NCBI GenBank assembly: GCA_016178625.1
Contig: JACOSX010000140.1
Coordinates: forward strand, 2,804 to 66,803
Origin: Ignavibacteria bacterium
Lineage (GTDB): Bacteria; Bacteroidota; Ignavibacteria; UBA10030; SZUA-254
Reading direction: 5' to 3'
DNA: 64,000 bases
Shown: positions 38,820-48,800 of the stretch, piece by piece
Numbering within the stretch: position 1 is the stretch's first letter
How the letters are laid out: each line of letters opens with the position of its first letter
Notes under the pieces: generated by a model
What the model was told of the DNA's origin: nothing
The model's database searches: none
What the model saw: the letters and a program-made list of their open reading frames with translations, nothing else
Program-made: the position numbers and the translations under genes

Positions 38820-39934
38820 CAGAAATTGTATCCAACGCCGATGTTCATTTGCTTTGTGTCTGCATTGGCGGCATTGTTAAAGAACTGATAATCGATCTTA
38901 AATGCGGTGTTATACGTCGGTTTGTAGGTCGCGCCGAAGGTGATTTCGTTTCGATCGTACACAGGGTTTGCGATGAAGCCGGTGACCTTTGATTGCGTGT
39001 TATATTTTTCATAACGGGTGAACAAAAGCAATGCTTGGTCAGATTCCGAGTACATCAACGGCAGGATATTGTAGGAGCCTTCCAGATAGAAACCATAAAT
39101 TTGGTCGGCGACATCGTTTCCATATGCTGTATTGATTTTTTGTGCATCACTAATTGATATGAAAGCGCCTACAGCGCGAAGAGAGAACTGGTCGTATGCG
39201 TATTGCGCATCACCCGAAAGGAGGGTGAGCATACTACTGCCGAGTGAATCGACACCTTCTGTGATATTGCCTGTGAAAAACGAGCCGCCGAGTTTTAATT
39301 CCGGGGTGGGGACGTACTCTAATCGACCGGTGAATGATGGATTCATGGGTGAGCTCTCAAGAGCTTCCTGTCTGCCCTCGCGGATGCCTTCCGATCCGCT
39401 GAAGTCCTCTGCCTTTAATCCTGCCATGACGTACAGTTGATACTTGACGCCTTCAGATAGCGTGCCGTAGATACCAGCACCGGATTCGCGCCACGTTGTG
39501 GGGATGACAATACGGTCTACATTTGGTCGCTCGACACCGTTAAATGTAGCTGGCTCATGAAATTGGTTAATGACGCCGATTGGCGGGAGGAGAATGCCCG
39601 CTTTCATGCCAATATTTTGATTGAAATGCCAGTCGAGATATGCCTGTTCGATGGCAACTTCTCCACCCTCGGCGCCGCCGCCTTCAGTGGCTTCAATTTT
39701 AGTGTGCTCGATTTCGACCTCTGACTTGAAGGATAAGTTCTCGTTAAAGGTGTGTGCAAGGTAGAGGACGAAGCGATGAAAATCGAGCGTGCCTCGAGTA
39801 GAGCCGTTAGGCTCATTATAGTGAAGCTCACCATAACCCCCGACGGTCGTTGATTCTTGAGCGTTGAGCCGGAGCGGTTTCAACTGAAAAGGTGTCAACA
39901 GAGCAATAGTAATAATAAAGTATTTTAGATGCAT
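38819..39934 (-). CDS. Outer-membrane beta-barrel porin (phosphate-selective porin O/P-like)
   Basis: AGGAG Shine-Dalgarno 13 nt before ATG 39934. Signal peptide. Alternating amphipathic beta strands ending in the C-terminal 'GVGYNF'. The track ORF extends to 39952. Confidence 0.6.
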   Translation of the reverse strand: MHLKYFIITIALLTPFQLKPLRLNAQESTTVGGYGELHYNEPNGSTRGTLDFHRFVLYLAHTFNENLSFKSEVEIEHTKIEATEGGGAEGGEVAIEQAYLDWHFNQNIGMKAGILLPPIGVINQFHEPATFNGVERPNVDRIVIPTTWRESGAGIYGTLSEGVKYQLYVMAGLKAEDFSGSEGIREGRQEALESSPMNPSFTGRLEYVPTPELKLGGSFFTGNITEGVDSLGSSMLTLLSGDAQYAYDQFSLRAVGAFISISDAQKINTAYGNDVADQIYGFYLEGSYNILPLMYSESDQALLLFTRYEKYNTQSKVTGFIANPVYDRNEITFGATYKPTYNTAFKIDYQFFNNAANADTKQMNIGVGYNF

Positions 39935-40026
39935 TTGTACGGTACTCCTCAAACAACATTAACATTTGGTGATTTAGCGGATTGTGACGACACACGTCTT
40001 AGAGGAGTAAGGGACCCAGCGGATTT

Positions 40027-40055
40027 CTTGACAACCAATTCTTTTCTGAGTATAA
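40027..40055 (+). promoter_or_regulatory. Perfect consensus sigma-70 promoter TTGACA-N17-TATAAT oriented antisense to the FTR1 gene
   Basis: TTGACA 40027-40032, 17-nt spacer, TATAAT 40050-40055. No plus-strand ORF follows. A ~100-nt ATG-free transcript would end near a T-run at 40134-40138 and run into the 3' end of 40160..41455. Confidence 0.3.
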
Positions 40056-40159
40056 TTAAATTGAAGAGAAAGGGGAAATAGACTATAAAAGTTTATTACT
40101 CTTTTCAAATTCGAGGTGCGGCACCATCACTCTTGCCGGAGCGGTGACACACTTTTTGT

Positions 40160-41455
40160 TTAGTGACCTTCTTCCGGTGTAATGTCGAAATACTTCCGCC
40201 GATGTTGCAGATCTGCTATCCTGATTTCAATCTTGCCATCTCTCATCCGCGAAGGTAAATAGATCGGTGCACATCCATTCCCTTCCATTGACCCACTATT
40301 ATTTTCATCGATCTGATCATCTTCAACAGCCTGATGGAGTTTGCTTAATGGTGAAGGCGCATCGCATTGTGAGCAAATCAGCTCACCGTTTTTCAGATAA
40401 TAACGACCGTAACTATAGCAGGCATAACATGCATCAAAGGCAGTGGCGAATTTTCCAAGGCTTATCCTGAGGACGAAGAACCGAATCTCGAGAGAGCTAT
40501 CTTGGATGGAATATCGGTGGAGATTACTATCACTCACTTTCTCAATCGGAATCTTGATCATGCCTGTAGATGGGACAAGAAGATGTTCTGATGAGAGATC
40601 CATCGCATGGTTCGATGAGAAGATGTCTCCAACCCCAAGAAAAAGAACGATCACCAAAGAGGCAAATACGGCACTGAGTTGCCATCTTCGCTGTCCTCTG
40701 GTTGACGGAGGCGTTTGTGGCGGCTTCCGTCCTGGGATCATCATCATTGATGCCGGAATGCTAACGATCGCGAGGATAAAAAGAAGATTGTTTTGGACGA
40801 TGGGACCGAGGATTCCCATCATCCTAGGATTCGAGGGGAACACGCCGAATTCGTAAAACTCATGTATTGCATTGACGATGAGTTGAATCGTGAAGATGAG
40901 AAGCGTAACTGCAGTTACCCTAAGAAATCTTCCGATGTCAACCTTAACGCTTCCCTGGATGAAGAGCACTGCAAACAATGTTGCAACCAAGAGCCCGATC
41001 ATAGTGCCGAGGAGGCTCCACCATGCCCCGGTACTAAATGCTACTGCGTGAAGAAAGATTGCTGTCTCTAAGCCTTCGCGGAAGATCATGAGGAATGTAA
41101 AGCTGAGAATGCTGAGGTGTGCTTTCCATGATCTTCTGGCGTCAAGGATGTTGTTTACCTTTTCTTCGATGTCTCTGCGGATTTTCTTTGCGGTCTTCCA
41201 CATCCAAACGATCATCGAGATTACGAAGAAGGCGGCGATCAACATAAAGTATCCTTCGAACATCTCTTGGTCGATTGTCAGTCGTTGGAGAATGATAGCA
41301 CCAATGACGCTTGCAAGTAATGCAAGCACAAGGCCGAGATATACAGACTTTATGAGAGAGATTTGTTGGATCTTTTGTAAATAGACGATCAGGATCCCAA
41401 GAACGAGAGCGATCTCAATTCCTTCCCGCAGAGCAATGATAAGTGATTCAATCAT
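40160..41455 (-). CDS. FTR1-family high-affinity Fe2+ permease fused to a C-terminal Cys-rich (DUF2318-like) domain
   Basis: Two RExxE motifs ('REGIE', 'REGLE') within seven N-terminal TM helices. One extra TM helix, then a ~150-aa domain carrying 'CYACYSYGRYY..CSQCDAP..GNGCAP'. Confidence 0.8.
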   Translation of the reverse strand: MIESLIIALREGIEIALVLGILIVYLQKIQQISLIKSVYLGLVLALLASVIGAIILQRLTIDQEMFEGYFMLIAAFFVISMIVWMWKTAKKIRRDIEEKVNNILDARRSWKAHLSILSFTFLMIFREGLETAIFLHAVAFSTGAWWSLLGTMIGLLVATLFAVLFIQGSVKVDIGRFLRVTAVTLLIFTIQLIVNAIHEFYEFGVFPSNPRMMGILGPIVQNNLLFILAIVSIPASMMMIPGRKPPQTPPSTRGQRRWQLSAVFASLVIVLFLGVGDIFSSNHAMDLSSEHLLVPSTGMIKIPIEKVSDSNLHRYSIQDSSLEIRFFVLRISLGKFATAFDACYACYSYGRYYLKNGELICSQCDAPSPLSKLHQAVEDDQIDENNSGSMEGNGCAPIYLPSRMRDGKIEIRIADLQHRRKYFDITPEEGH

Positions 41456-41491
41456 GAAATTATTCTTATTGGTGACCGCACAAACATGCGT

Positions 41492-41938
41492 CTATGATTT
41501 CTTTTTTGACTGACATTTCGAACAAACTCCGAAGATCTGAAGTGTGGAGTTCTGTATCTTAAATTTTTTTTCCTGGCAAACTTCCTGCTGAATCCTCTCG
41601 AGTTTATCATTCACAAATTCGATAATATCACCACATTCAAGGCAAATGAGGTGATCATGGCGGGGTCTACCGAAGGCTTTCTCATATCGGGATTGGCTCT
41701 CACCGAATCGGTATTTTGAAATGAGACCGCATTCGGCAAGAAGATCGAGCGTGTTGTACACGGTCGCACGCGACGCCTTGAGCCCCTTTGATATAAGCGA
41801 GGCATGGAGAGTGTCCGCGTCGAAATGCCCATTCGTTTTCATAATCTCTTCCAACAAAAGGAAACGCTCACGAGTGGGACGAAGCTTCTTCTCTTTCAGG
41901 TAGTCGGTGAGAGTATTTTTTGCTGCGCTAATATCCAC
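41492..41938 (-). CDS. fur: Fur-family ferric uptake transcriptional regulator
   Basis: Winged HTH, 'HDHLICLECGDIIEF' and the C-terminal 'CSKC' metal sites. 148 aa. First gene of the minus-strand operon. Confidence 0.85.
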   Translation of the reverse strand: MDISAAKNTLTDYLKEKKLRPTRERFLLLEEIMKTNGHFDADTLHASLISKGLKASRATVYNTLDLLAECGLISKYRFGESQSRYEKAFGRPRHDHLICLECGDIIEFVNDKLERIQQEVCQEKKFKIQNSTLQIFGVCSKCQSKKKS

Positions 41939-41940
41939 GG

Positions 41941-41966
41941 GGATAATTGTTTAGACTTGGTCTAAA
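41941..41966. promoter_or_regulatory. GATAAT hexamer followed by 17-bp palindrome TTTAGAC-TTG-GTCTAAA (candidate Fur/operator site) in fur-SDR divergent region
   Basis: GGATAATTG at 41941-41949. Perfect 7-bp inverted arms at 41950-41956 / 41960-41966. AT-rich NATWAT-like hexamers continue to 42010. Confidence 0.3.
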
Positions 41967-42084
41967 TATAAATAAATTATTCGTTCCAGTCAAGAATAAT
42001 TTTATTATTTTATGGCAAATTGGATGTCGGTTTGTTCAGCGATGCTGGTGGTTTTTTCCTTTACTTTCAATCAATGGAGTACAT

Positions 42085-42843
42085 ATGATTGATCTGAGTA
42101 ATCAAGTAGCACTTGTCACCGGTGGATCTCGAGGCATCGGTGCTGCGACAGCTATTCTCCTTGCTTCTGCAGGTGGCGATGTGGCAATTACCTATGATCG
42201 AAACGCAAAGTCAGCCAGAGAAGTGTTGAATGAAATTAAAGATCAGGGGCAGAGGAATCTTGCTTTGAGAGTCAGAGTAGAAAGGCCATCTGAATGCAAT
42301 AAAACTGCCCTCAGAGTCCTTAAGAGGCTGGGAAGGATTGATATTCTCGTTAACTGCGCTGGCATTTGGGAATATGGAGGCTTAGAAAATTTGGCAGTTG
42401 GGGATTGGAGGAAAACGATTGATATTAATCTGACAGGCACATTCAATATGTGTCGTGCGGTCCTTCCTATTATGAAAAAACAGAAATATGGAAGAATAAT
42501 TAATGTTTCCAGTACGGCGGGACAAAGGGGTGAGCCATACCATTCTCACTATGCAGCTTCAAAAGGAGGGATTATTGCCTTCACGAAATCGATCGCGCTT
42601 GAACTGATCAAGAGTGGCATCTGGGTAAACTGTGTTTCACCTGGGTGGGTTGATACAGATATGGTTTCTAAGGTCTTAAGGAATCCTAAAGAAAGAAAAC
42701 TGATAACGCAAGCCATTCCGCGTGGCAGAGTCGCCACCCCAGAAGAAATTGCTGGTCCCATTGTTTTCTTGGCATCCCGGCTTTCCGACCATATTGTTGG
42801 CGGGATTCTCAATGTGAACGGCGGGAGCGTCCTCTGTGGTTAA
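42085..42843 (+). CDS. SDR-family oxidoreductase (3-oxoacyl-ACP reductase FabG-like)
   Basis: GGAG Shine-Dalgarno. 'VALVTGGSRGIGAA' TGxxxGxG motif. 'YAASKGG' catalytic YxxxK. The track ORF begins at 41947. Confidence 0.85.
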   Translation: MIDLSNQVALVTGGSRGIGAATAILLASAGGDVAITYDRNAKSAREVLNEIKDQGQRNLALRVRVERPSECNKTALRVLKRLGRIDILVNCAGIWEYGGLENLAVGDWRKTIDINLTGTFNMCRAVLPIMKKQKYGRIINVSSTAGQRGEPYHSHYAASKGGIIAFTKSIALELIKSGIWVNCVSPGWVDTDMVSKVLRNPKERKLITQAIPRGRVATPEEIAGPIVFLASRLSDHIVGGILNVNGGSVLCG

Positions 42844-42993
42844 TAAAAGTGTTGAAATTTAGTTATTATAGCCATTTCTTTCCAACTCCTTCAAAATATT
42901 TCATTTTCCTCAGATTTTGCTTGCTTAATTATTCAAATTTTCTATATTTGAGCGAGATTAATATTACGCTATTCTTCTCTTTCTTAGTTTTAA

Positions 42994-44115
42994 ATGAAGC
43001 ACGATAAGCATAAGTTTCTCAAGGGGAAGCAGATAATTCCAAAACCGATCCCGAAAAATATTTCGGTGAATCAGCTTGTTGATGAGTATTTCCAAGCATA
43101 TAACTCGGGGAGGCTTAGAGAAGCTGCCCACTTGCTGACTGAGAAAATGCTTTCTGCTGATTCCACTATTGGAATGAGCCTTACCGGAGCTCTCACCCCC
43201 GCCGGGTTAGGCGGTGCATGCATTGTTCCACTGATTAAGTCAGGATTCGTAGATTGGATTGTCAGCACCGGCGCAAATCTTTATCACGACACTCATTTTG
43301 CGATTGGACATTCGCTTCACCGAGGGACTCCTTTCACTGACGACAGACTCCTAAGGAAAGAAGGCATTATCCGCATTTATGACATTGTCTTCGATTATGA
43401 GGTTTTGTTGTCAACTGATGCCTTTTTTCGAAAGCTGTTGAGACTTCACGAATTTCAAAATGAAATGGGTACAGCCGAACTTCATTACCGGTTAGGAAAA
43501 TACATTGCTGAGCGAGAAAAAATCCTTGGAATAAAGAATAGTAGTGTCCTTGCTACCGCCTACAGGTGTGGTGTACCGATATATACATCGTCGCCGGGTG
43601 ATAGCTCAATCGGGATGAACATTGCAGAGGTTGCCCTGGCTGGATACAAAATAAAACTCGACGTATTATTAGACGTAAATGAAACAGCTGCAATTGTGCT
43701 TGATACCAAGCGTAAGGGTGGAAAGAGCGGCGTATTTATCTTGGGGGGCGGTTCACCCAAGAATTTTGTATTGCAAACCGAGCCGCAGATACAAGAGGTC
43801 TTAGGGATTGACGAGAAAGGACACGACTATTACTTGCAGATAACTGACGCTCGTCCCGATACAGGCGGACTCTCCGGAGCGACGCCAGCTGAAGCGGTTA
43901 CGTGGGGAAAGGTGGATCCGGATAAGTTACCCGATGCTGTCGTTGCCTATCTCGATTCTACGATAGCATTGCCTATACTCACCTCCTATGCCCTGGCAAA
44001 GGTCAAACCCCGACCATTGAAGCGTTTGTATGACCGACGAGAGAGCATGCTCGGAGGTTTGTATAGAGAGTACACAAGGATTAAACAACGGAAGAAGGTT
44101 AAGGCAAACGAATAA
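42994..44115 (+). CDS. Deoxyhypusine synthase-like protein (bacterial DHS/homospermidine-synthase-like family)
   Basis: '[16 protein letters not shown]' and 'GGGSPKNF' match DHS-family motifs. 373 aa. Confidence 0.7.
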   Translation: MKHDKHKFLKGKQIIPKPIPKNISVNQLVDEYFQAYNSGRLREAAHLLTEKMLSADSTIGMSLTGALTPAGLGGACIVPLIKSGFVDWIVSTGANLYHDTHFAIGHSLHRGTPFTDDRLLRKEGIIRIYDIVFDYEVLLSTDAFFRKLLRLHEFQNEMGTAELHYRLGKYIAEREKILGIKNSSVLATAYRCGVPIYTSSPGDSSIGMNIAEVALAGYKIKLDVLLDVNETAAIVLDTKRKGGKSGVFILGGGSPKNFVLQTEPQIQEVLGIDEKGHDYYLQITDARPDTGGLSGATPAEAVTWGKVDPDKLPDAVVAYLDSTIALPILTSYALAKVKPRPLKRLYDRRESMLGGLYREYTRIKQRKKVKANE

Positions 44116-44195
44116 TGATAATAAGTCATTCCCCTAAGGGGACTCGTCTTTGAGGAAAGGCGAGAACATTTACACTCACAATATGGAGGGTCAAC

Positions 44196-44396
44196 ATGAG
44201 CAGGTTCACAGAATTACGCGACTTGTTAAGCAGCTTCGAGAAGGACTTCATCAAGTTCTATGAGAAAGGCAATAAGTCGGCGGGGACGCGAGTACGGAAG
44301 GAGATGAATGAGCTGAAGAAGAAAGCACAGGAGATCCGCAAGGAAATCCAGGAGATCAAGCAGAAAGCGAAGGAGGCTGAAGGCGGAAGTATGTAG
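44196..44396 (+). CDS. Histone H1-like small basic nucleoid protein
   Basis: GGAGGG Shine-Dalgarno. 66 aa, Lys/Glu-rich 'FEKDFIKFYEKGNKSAGTRVRKEMNELKKKAQEIRKEIQEIKQKAKE', typical of Bacteroidota histone-H1-like proteins. Confidence 0.6.
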   Translation: MSRFTELRDLLSSFEKDFIKFYEKGNKSAGTRVRKEMNELKKKAQEIRKEIQEIKQKAKEAEGGSM

Positions 44397-44419
44397 TTGT
44401 ACGTGTTCATAGTTCCTTG

Positions 44420-44462
44420 AAGAGACTCCTGACCGACTGTTTAGAGTGGGAGGGAGTCTCTT
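44420..44462 (+). terminator. Terminator-like hairpin (10-bp stem AAGAGACTCC/GGAGTCTCTT, 23-nt loop) + TATATTTT
   Basis: Perfect 10-bp stem 24 nt after the histone-like gene. Long loop and a weak T tail. Confidence 0.4.
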
Positions 44463-44600
44463 TATATTTTCACTGAAAGCATATAAGGTCAAGAAACGAG
44501 GAGGAGGTGTATTTCAGTTTCTTGAACAGGAACCTTCCTTTGTTCACACCTTTTTCATATATTGGGTCGTTATAGTCATGATATCATCAAAAGGGAATGC

Positions 44601-45794
44601 ATGAGTCGACGGTTTCTACAACTTGCTCTCATAAGCGCCATCGCCTATGGCTTCGCATTGGAAACAGGCTCTAATTACAGGAAGATCCACTTCGACGCTT
44701 TTGTGGTCGACACACACAATGATGTCGTACAACGAATGATGGCAGGAGAAGATATCTCTGTCCGGACTCAGCACGGTCATTCCGATCTTCCCCGGTTCAG
44801 GGAGGGAGGGCTTGATGTTGAGATGTTTTCTATTTGGGTCCCCCCAGAGAAAACCGCGCTGCCGTACTACGATCAGGCCGACGATCAGATTGACACGGTG
44901 AAGAGCTTCATCCAGCGGAATAAGTCGCAGGTGGGTCTCGCGCTGACCTCCGCCGATGTAGTAAAGCTTGTGAATACTGGTAAATTTGTTGCCATGTTGG
45001 GCATGGAAGGAGGTCATCCAATTGCAAACAGCTTGAAGAACCTCGAACGTTTTTATCGTCGGGGAGTGCGATACATGACGCTCACGTGGAATAACAGCAC
45101 CGATTGGGCAACGTCGGCAAAAGATGAAACAGATTCCAATGCGAACCTCCAGCACAAGGGATTGACCAATTTTGGCAAACAGGTTGTTCGAAGGATGAAC
45201 GCATTAGGCATGATGGTCGATGTATCGCATGTTGGCGAGCAGACCTTCTGGGATGTCATGAAGGTATCGAAGAAACCGGTGATCGCGTCCCATTCTTCCG
45301 CATGGACATTGTGTCACCATCGACGTAATCTAAAAGATACGCAGCTTGACGCGATCAAGGATAATGGAGGCGTTGTGTTCGTGAATTTTGCCCCCCAATT
45401 TATCGACAGCACGTTTACTGCAAAAGAGAAGATCATGCGCGATCGAAACAAAGCTCGCATTGATTCCTTCTCGGCAGCTTTCCGAGTGAATGACGATTTT
45501 CTCCGAGATCAAGCTATAGCAGAATTTCTGAAAAATGAATATCGCCCTATCCGGCCAAAGCTAAAAATTCTCATCGACCATTTCGATTACATCGCGAAAC
45601 GCATTGGCGTTGATCACGTTGGGATTGGATCCGATTTTGACGGTATAGCAGTAACGCCACGAGATATGGACGATGTCACCTTTCTCCCAAACATTACACG
45701 GGAGCTTCTCAAGCGAGGGTATTCCGAAGAGGATGTCCGAAAAATCCTTGGTGGCAATTTCTTGCGTGTTCTGCAGGAGGTAGAGAAAAAATAG
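44601..45794 (+). CDS. Membrane dipeptidase, peptidase family M19
   Basis: 'VVDTHNDV', 'MLGMEGGH', 'VDVSHV', 'GIGSDFDG' are M19 zinc-dipeptidase motifs. Signal peptide after ATG 44601. The track ORF begins at 44562. Confidence 0.85.
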   Translation: MSRRFLQLALISAIAYGFALETGSNYRKIHFDAFVVDTHNDVVQRMMAGEDISVRTQHGHSDLPRFREGGLDVEMFSIWVPPEKTALPYYDQADDQIDTVKSFIQRNKSQVGLALTSADVVKLVNTGKFVAMLGMEGGHPIANSLKNLERFYRRGVRYMTLTWNNSTDWATSAKDETDSNANLQHKGLTNFGKQVVRRMNALGMMVDVSHVGEQTFWDVMKVSKKPVIASHSSAWTLCHHRRNLKDTQLDAIKDNGGVVFVNFAPQFIDSTFTAKEKIMRDRNKARIDSFSAAFRVNDDFLRDQAIAEFLKNEYRPIRPKLKILIDHFDYIAKRIGVDHVGIGSDFDGIAVTPRDMDDVTFLPNITRELLKRGYSEEDVRKILGGNFLRVLQEVEKK

Positions 45795-45798
45795 AAAA

Positions 45799-45827
45799 GG
45801 CCATCAAGCATGTCCGTTTGATGGGCC
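45799..45827. terminator. Hairpin GGCCATCAA-10nt-TTGATGGGCC between convergent dipeptidase and S8 protease genes
   Basis: 9/10-bp stem immediately after the 44601..45794 stop. Candidate bidirectional terminator. Confidence 0.35.
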
Positions 45828-45847
45828 CCGTCGCGCCTTATTCAATC

Positions 45848-48800
45848 TCACCGCATCAGCACGAATGTCTTTGTCGCTGAGAATTTCTCTGTTTGGAGGC
45901 GATAAAAATACACCCCACTTGGGAGGGTCCCCGCGTTAAGCGTGACCGATTTAAATCCTGGGTCTTGAGTTCCATCCACAAGTGTCGCGACTTCGTTTCC
46001 TAAGATGTTGAAGACCTTCAGCGTCACATATTCCTTCTTCGGCAAGTCGTACGCGATGACTGTCGAGGGATTGAATGGATTCGGATAATTTTGATGTAAT
46101 ACATGATCCTTCGGGATTCGAACTTCTTGAACTCTGAGGTTCACTACTTTGACATGTTCGTTCCCCACCGCGAGAATGGCACTTCCCGCACCATTCACCA
46201 AAATTGACCTTCCCGCTTCATCCATAATCTGATACACATGTGGATCATGTATTTGGATTTTCCATTCAACGGTGACACGAGAGGATGGTGATTGAATGAG
46301 AATCGGATATTCTCGGATCCCTTCTCGTGGCAACTCCTCGAAGAATGTTCCCGATGCAAACCGAACATCGAAGCTACCCGTAGGAGGAGCCGGCGGGAGA
46401 ACAAAGGATGAAACATTCCCATCGTTGGACTCACCGTTGCTGAAGTAAAGAGTCTGACTGTTTCCTCGCCCATCTGTTACTGTGAGACTATTGAAATCGG
46501 TCGGTGGATGCCACGTGTTTGCCTTCGAGAGCGATGCTGAGGATGTACTGAAGAATAGCTTGCCTGTCTGATTTACCTTCACCCAGAACCCCTTTCCCGG
46601 CTGGATGCTATCGGCAAGGACGTATCCTCGATTATATCCGAAGAAGTTCGATGCAATGATACCTCCGGGATTACTCGACACGACATCTGTCGCGATCGGT
46701 GTCGTAAGTGAGCCGACAAGATTCCATCCTTCAAGGACATCGACACTATCTTGACTGATCGGCGAGCCATAAAATCCGATTGTCTGGCTGGATCCAAACT
46801 TCAGCCAATATCCTGCACCTGGCGTTAACGTGTCTTTCACGATGTACATCGTCCCGTTGAACCCAAACGCGTTTGAAATCGCGGTGGGAAACAAATCAGT
46901 CTTGAGTGAACTTGTTGGGTCAATGGCAAGCGAGATGAGATTCCACCCGCTCTCCAGTGTTGTGTAGAGGGTTCTCCTGTTCGAGACATGGAACGAGACC
47001 GACACAAGAACGTTGCCCGTCGATGAATCATTATTTGATACTCTCAGGTTAACGCCATAGTCTCCGGGTGATAAGGATATGGCGTCCAGTGTGATCCTCA
47101 CGTAGGTGCTATCTCCAACGGGAATGGTGCTACTGTCCTTGTCTATTGATATCCAGGCTGGCAAAGCCGAATCATTCCCGCTGACGGAGAAGTGTAATGC
47201 CACTGTTCCTGTGTTGCGGATCTTGAGGCTATCTCGTGTCGTTTGGCCGGAGTCGGCTTCAAGTGTGAACGAGGGTGGGCTCAATGCGATCTTGGGTCCT
47301 AAGGTGTTGAGTGTGATCGGTACTTTCGTCGGGGAATGAGCGGTGTCATTACTCGCGATTGTGATAGTGTCACGGTACGTTGTCCATTGGCTCAAGGATG
47401 CGGCGTTGAGTGAGTAATAGATCTTCGAAGAACTCTGGATTGGAACAGATCCGCTCCCCGATGTAATTTGGAGCCATGGCGTTCCTGATGACGACGAGTA
47501 CGTCATTGCGATGTAGCCGTCGTTAAAGATGGTTAGAGATTCCGCGGCGGATGCGCCGGGATTGATGGAGAAGGTCGAACTCGTGGGGGATACTCTTACA
47601 CGCGCCTCAAGAGACGGGACATTACCGCTCATCAGCAGTGAAACAATTTGTGGACCACTGGTTAGTATTCCTTTGTGCGTAATCCGTACAGTGTATGCCC
47701 CAAGGGTTGGGGATTGGATAAGAACCTGTTCAACGTTATCGCGGATGTTGTCGCCAGTCGTTGCGGCCGTAGTTGGTGACGCAGGATCAAGAACCCACGG
47801 ATTGTAGATTGTTTGATCCGATTGCTTGATGATGCGGAGGTCGAGGTCGTTCACGACCATCATCGTCGAAGGATTGAGCGACGGTGTAGGTGGAGTACCT
47901 GCGGGATCCGACCAGCAAATTGTCGCCCGGAAAGGTTGGGTCGCATTGCTGTAGACAGTCATCGAGATCGTATCTCCCTGATTTAACGTCAGCTCACGCA
48001 TGTGGGAACCCACGCCTTCTGTATTATCGAGGCTCATCAGTTGAACTGCCCTTAATGTATTCATCAATCCCCATCCATGTACATAATCGGGACCGGGATT
48101 TGTGCCCGCTTCGTCTGCAGTGTGGATAATAAGTCCTCTCATCGTCGATGCTCGGAGGAGCGTACTGCCGTGCAAGTTCCGCTGGTGTTGTAAAAGTAAA
48201 CCCACCGACCCTGTGACATTCGGTGTTGCCATCGACGTGCCGCTGAGGGTCGCATAACTATTGTTGTTGGGAGTTGATGAGGAGGTCACGTTCACACCGT
48301 CGGCAACGATATCCGGTTTGATTCGTCCATCATCCGTTGGTCCCCAACTGCTGAAGCTCGACATCACCACGCTGCTCGGGTTTGTATAACCACCCGGAAT
48401 CGCGTTGATCGCGCCAACAACGAGGACATTCTTCGCCGTGCTCGCCCCGTTCAAACAATCATAGCCTGTTCCGCTTCCATCAAGATCACGTATCGTGGAG
48501 CTCAACTGGGGATTGTTATTGTTGTAAATCCAGTGTGTGGCTGGCTGGGTTCCGGGTCCCTCGCCGCGATCATTTCCCGCTGCTTTCACCATAAGATAGT
48601 ACGGTGCATTGCGAGCAATATTGTCCCATGTTTGTGCCTCATCGTCGTAAAAGCCGAAGCGGTAGTCTGTAGCTCCGCTAATGGTTGTGTCTCCAAACCA
48701 GGTCCATCGGCCGTCAGCGAAGAAATTAAATCGCCAACCTGTGATCAATCCATACGAATGGTTAGACGTCCTCAAGCCGGCTGCCGCAGCGGATGCCATC

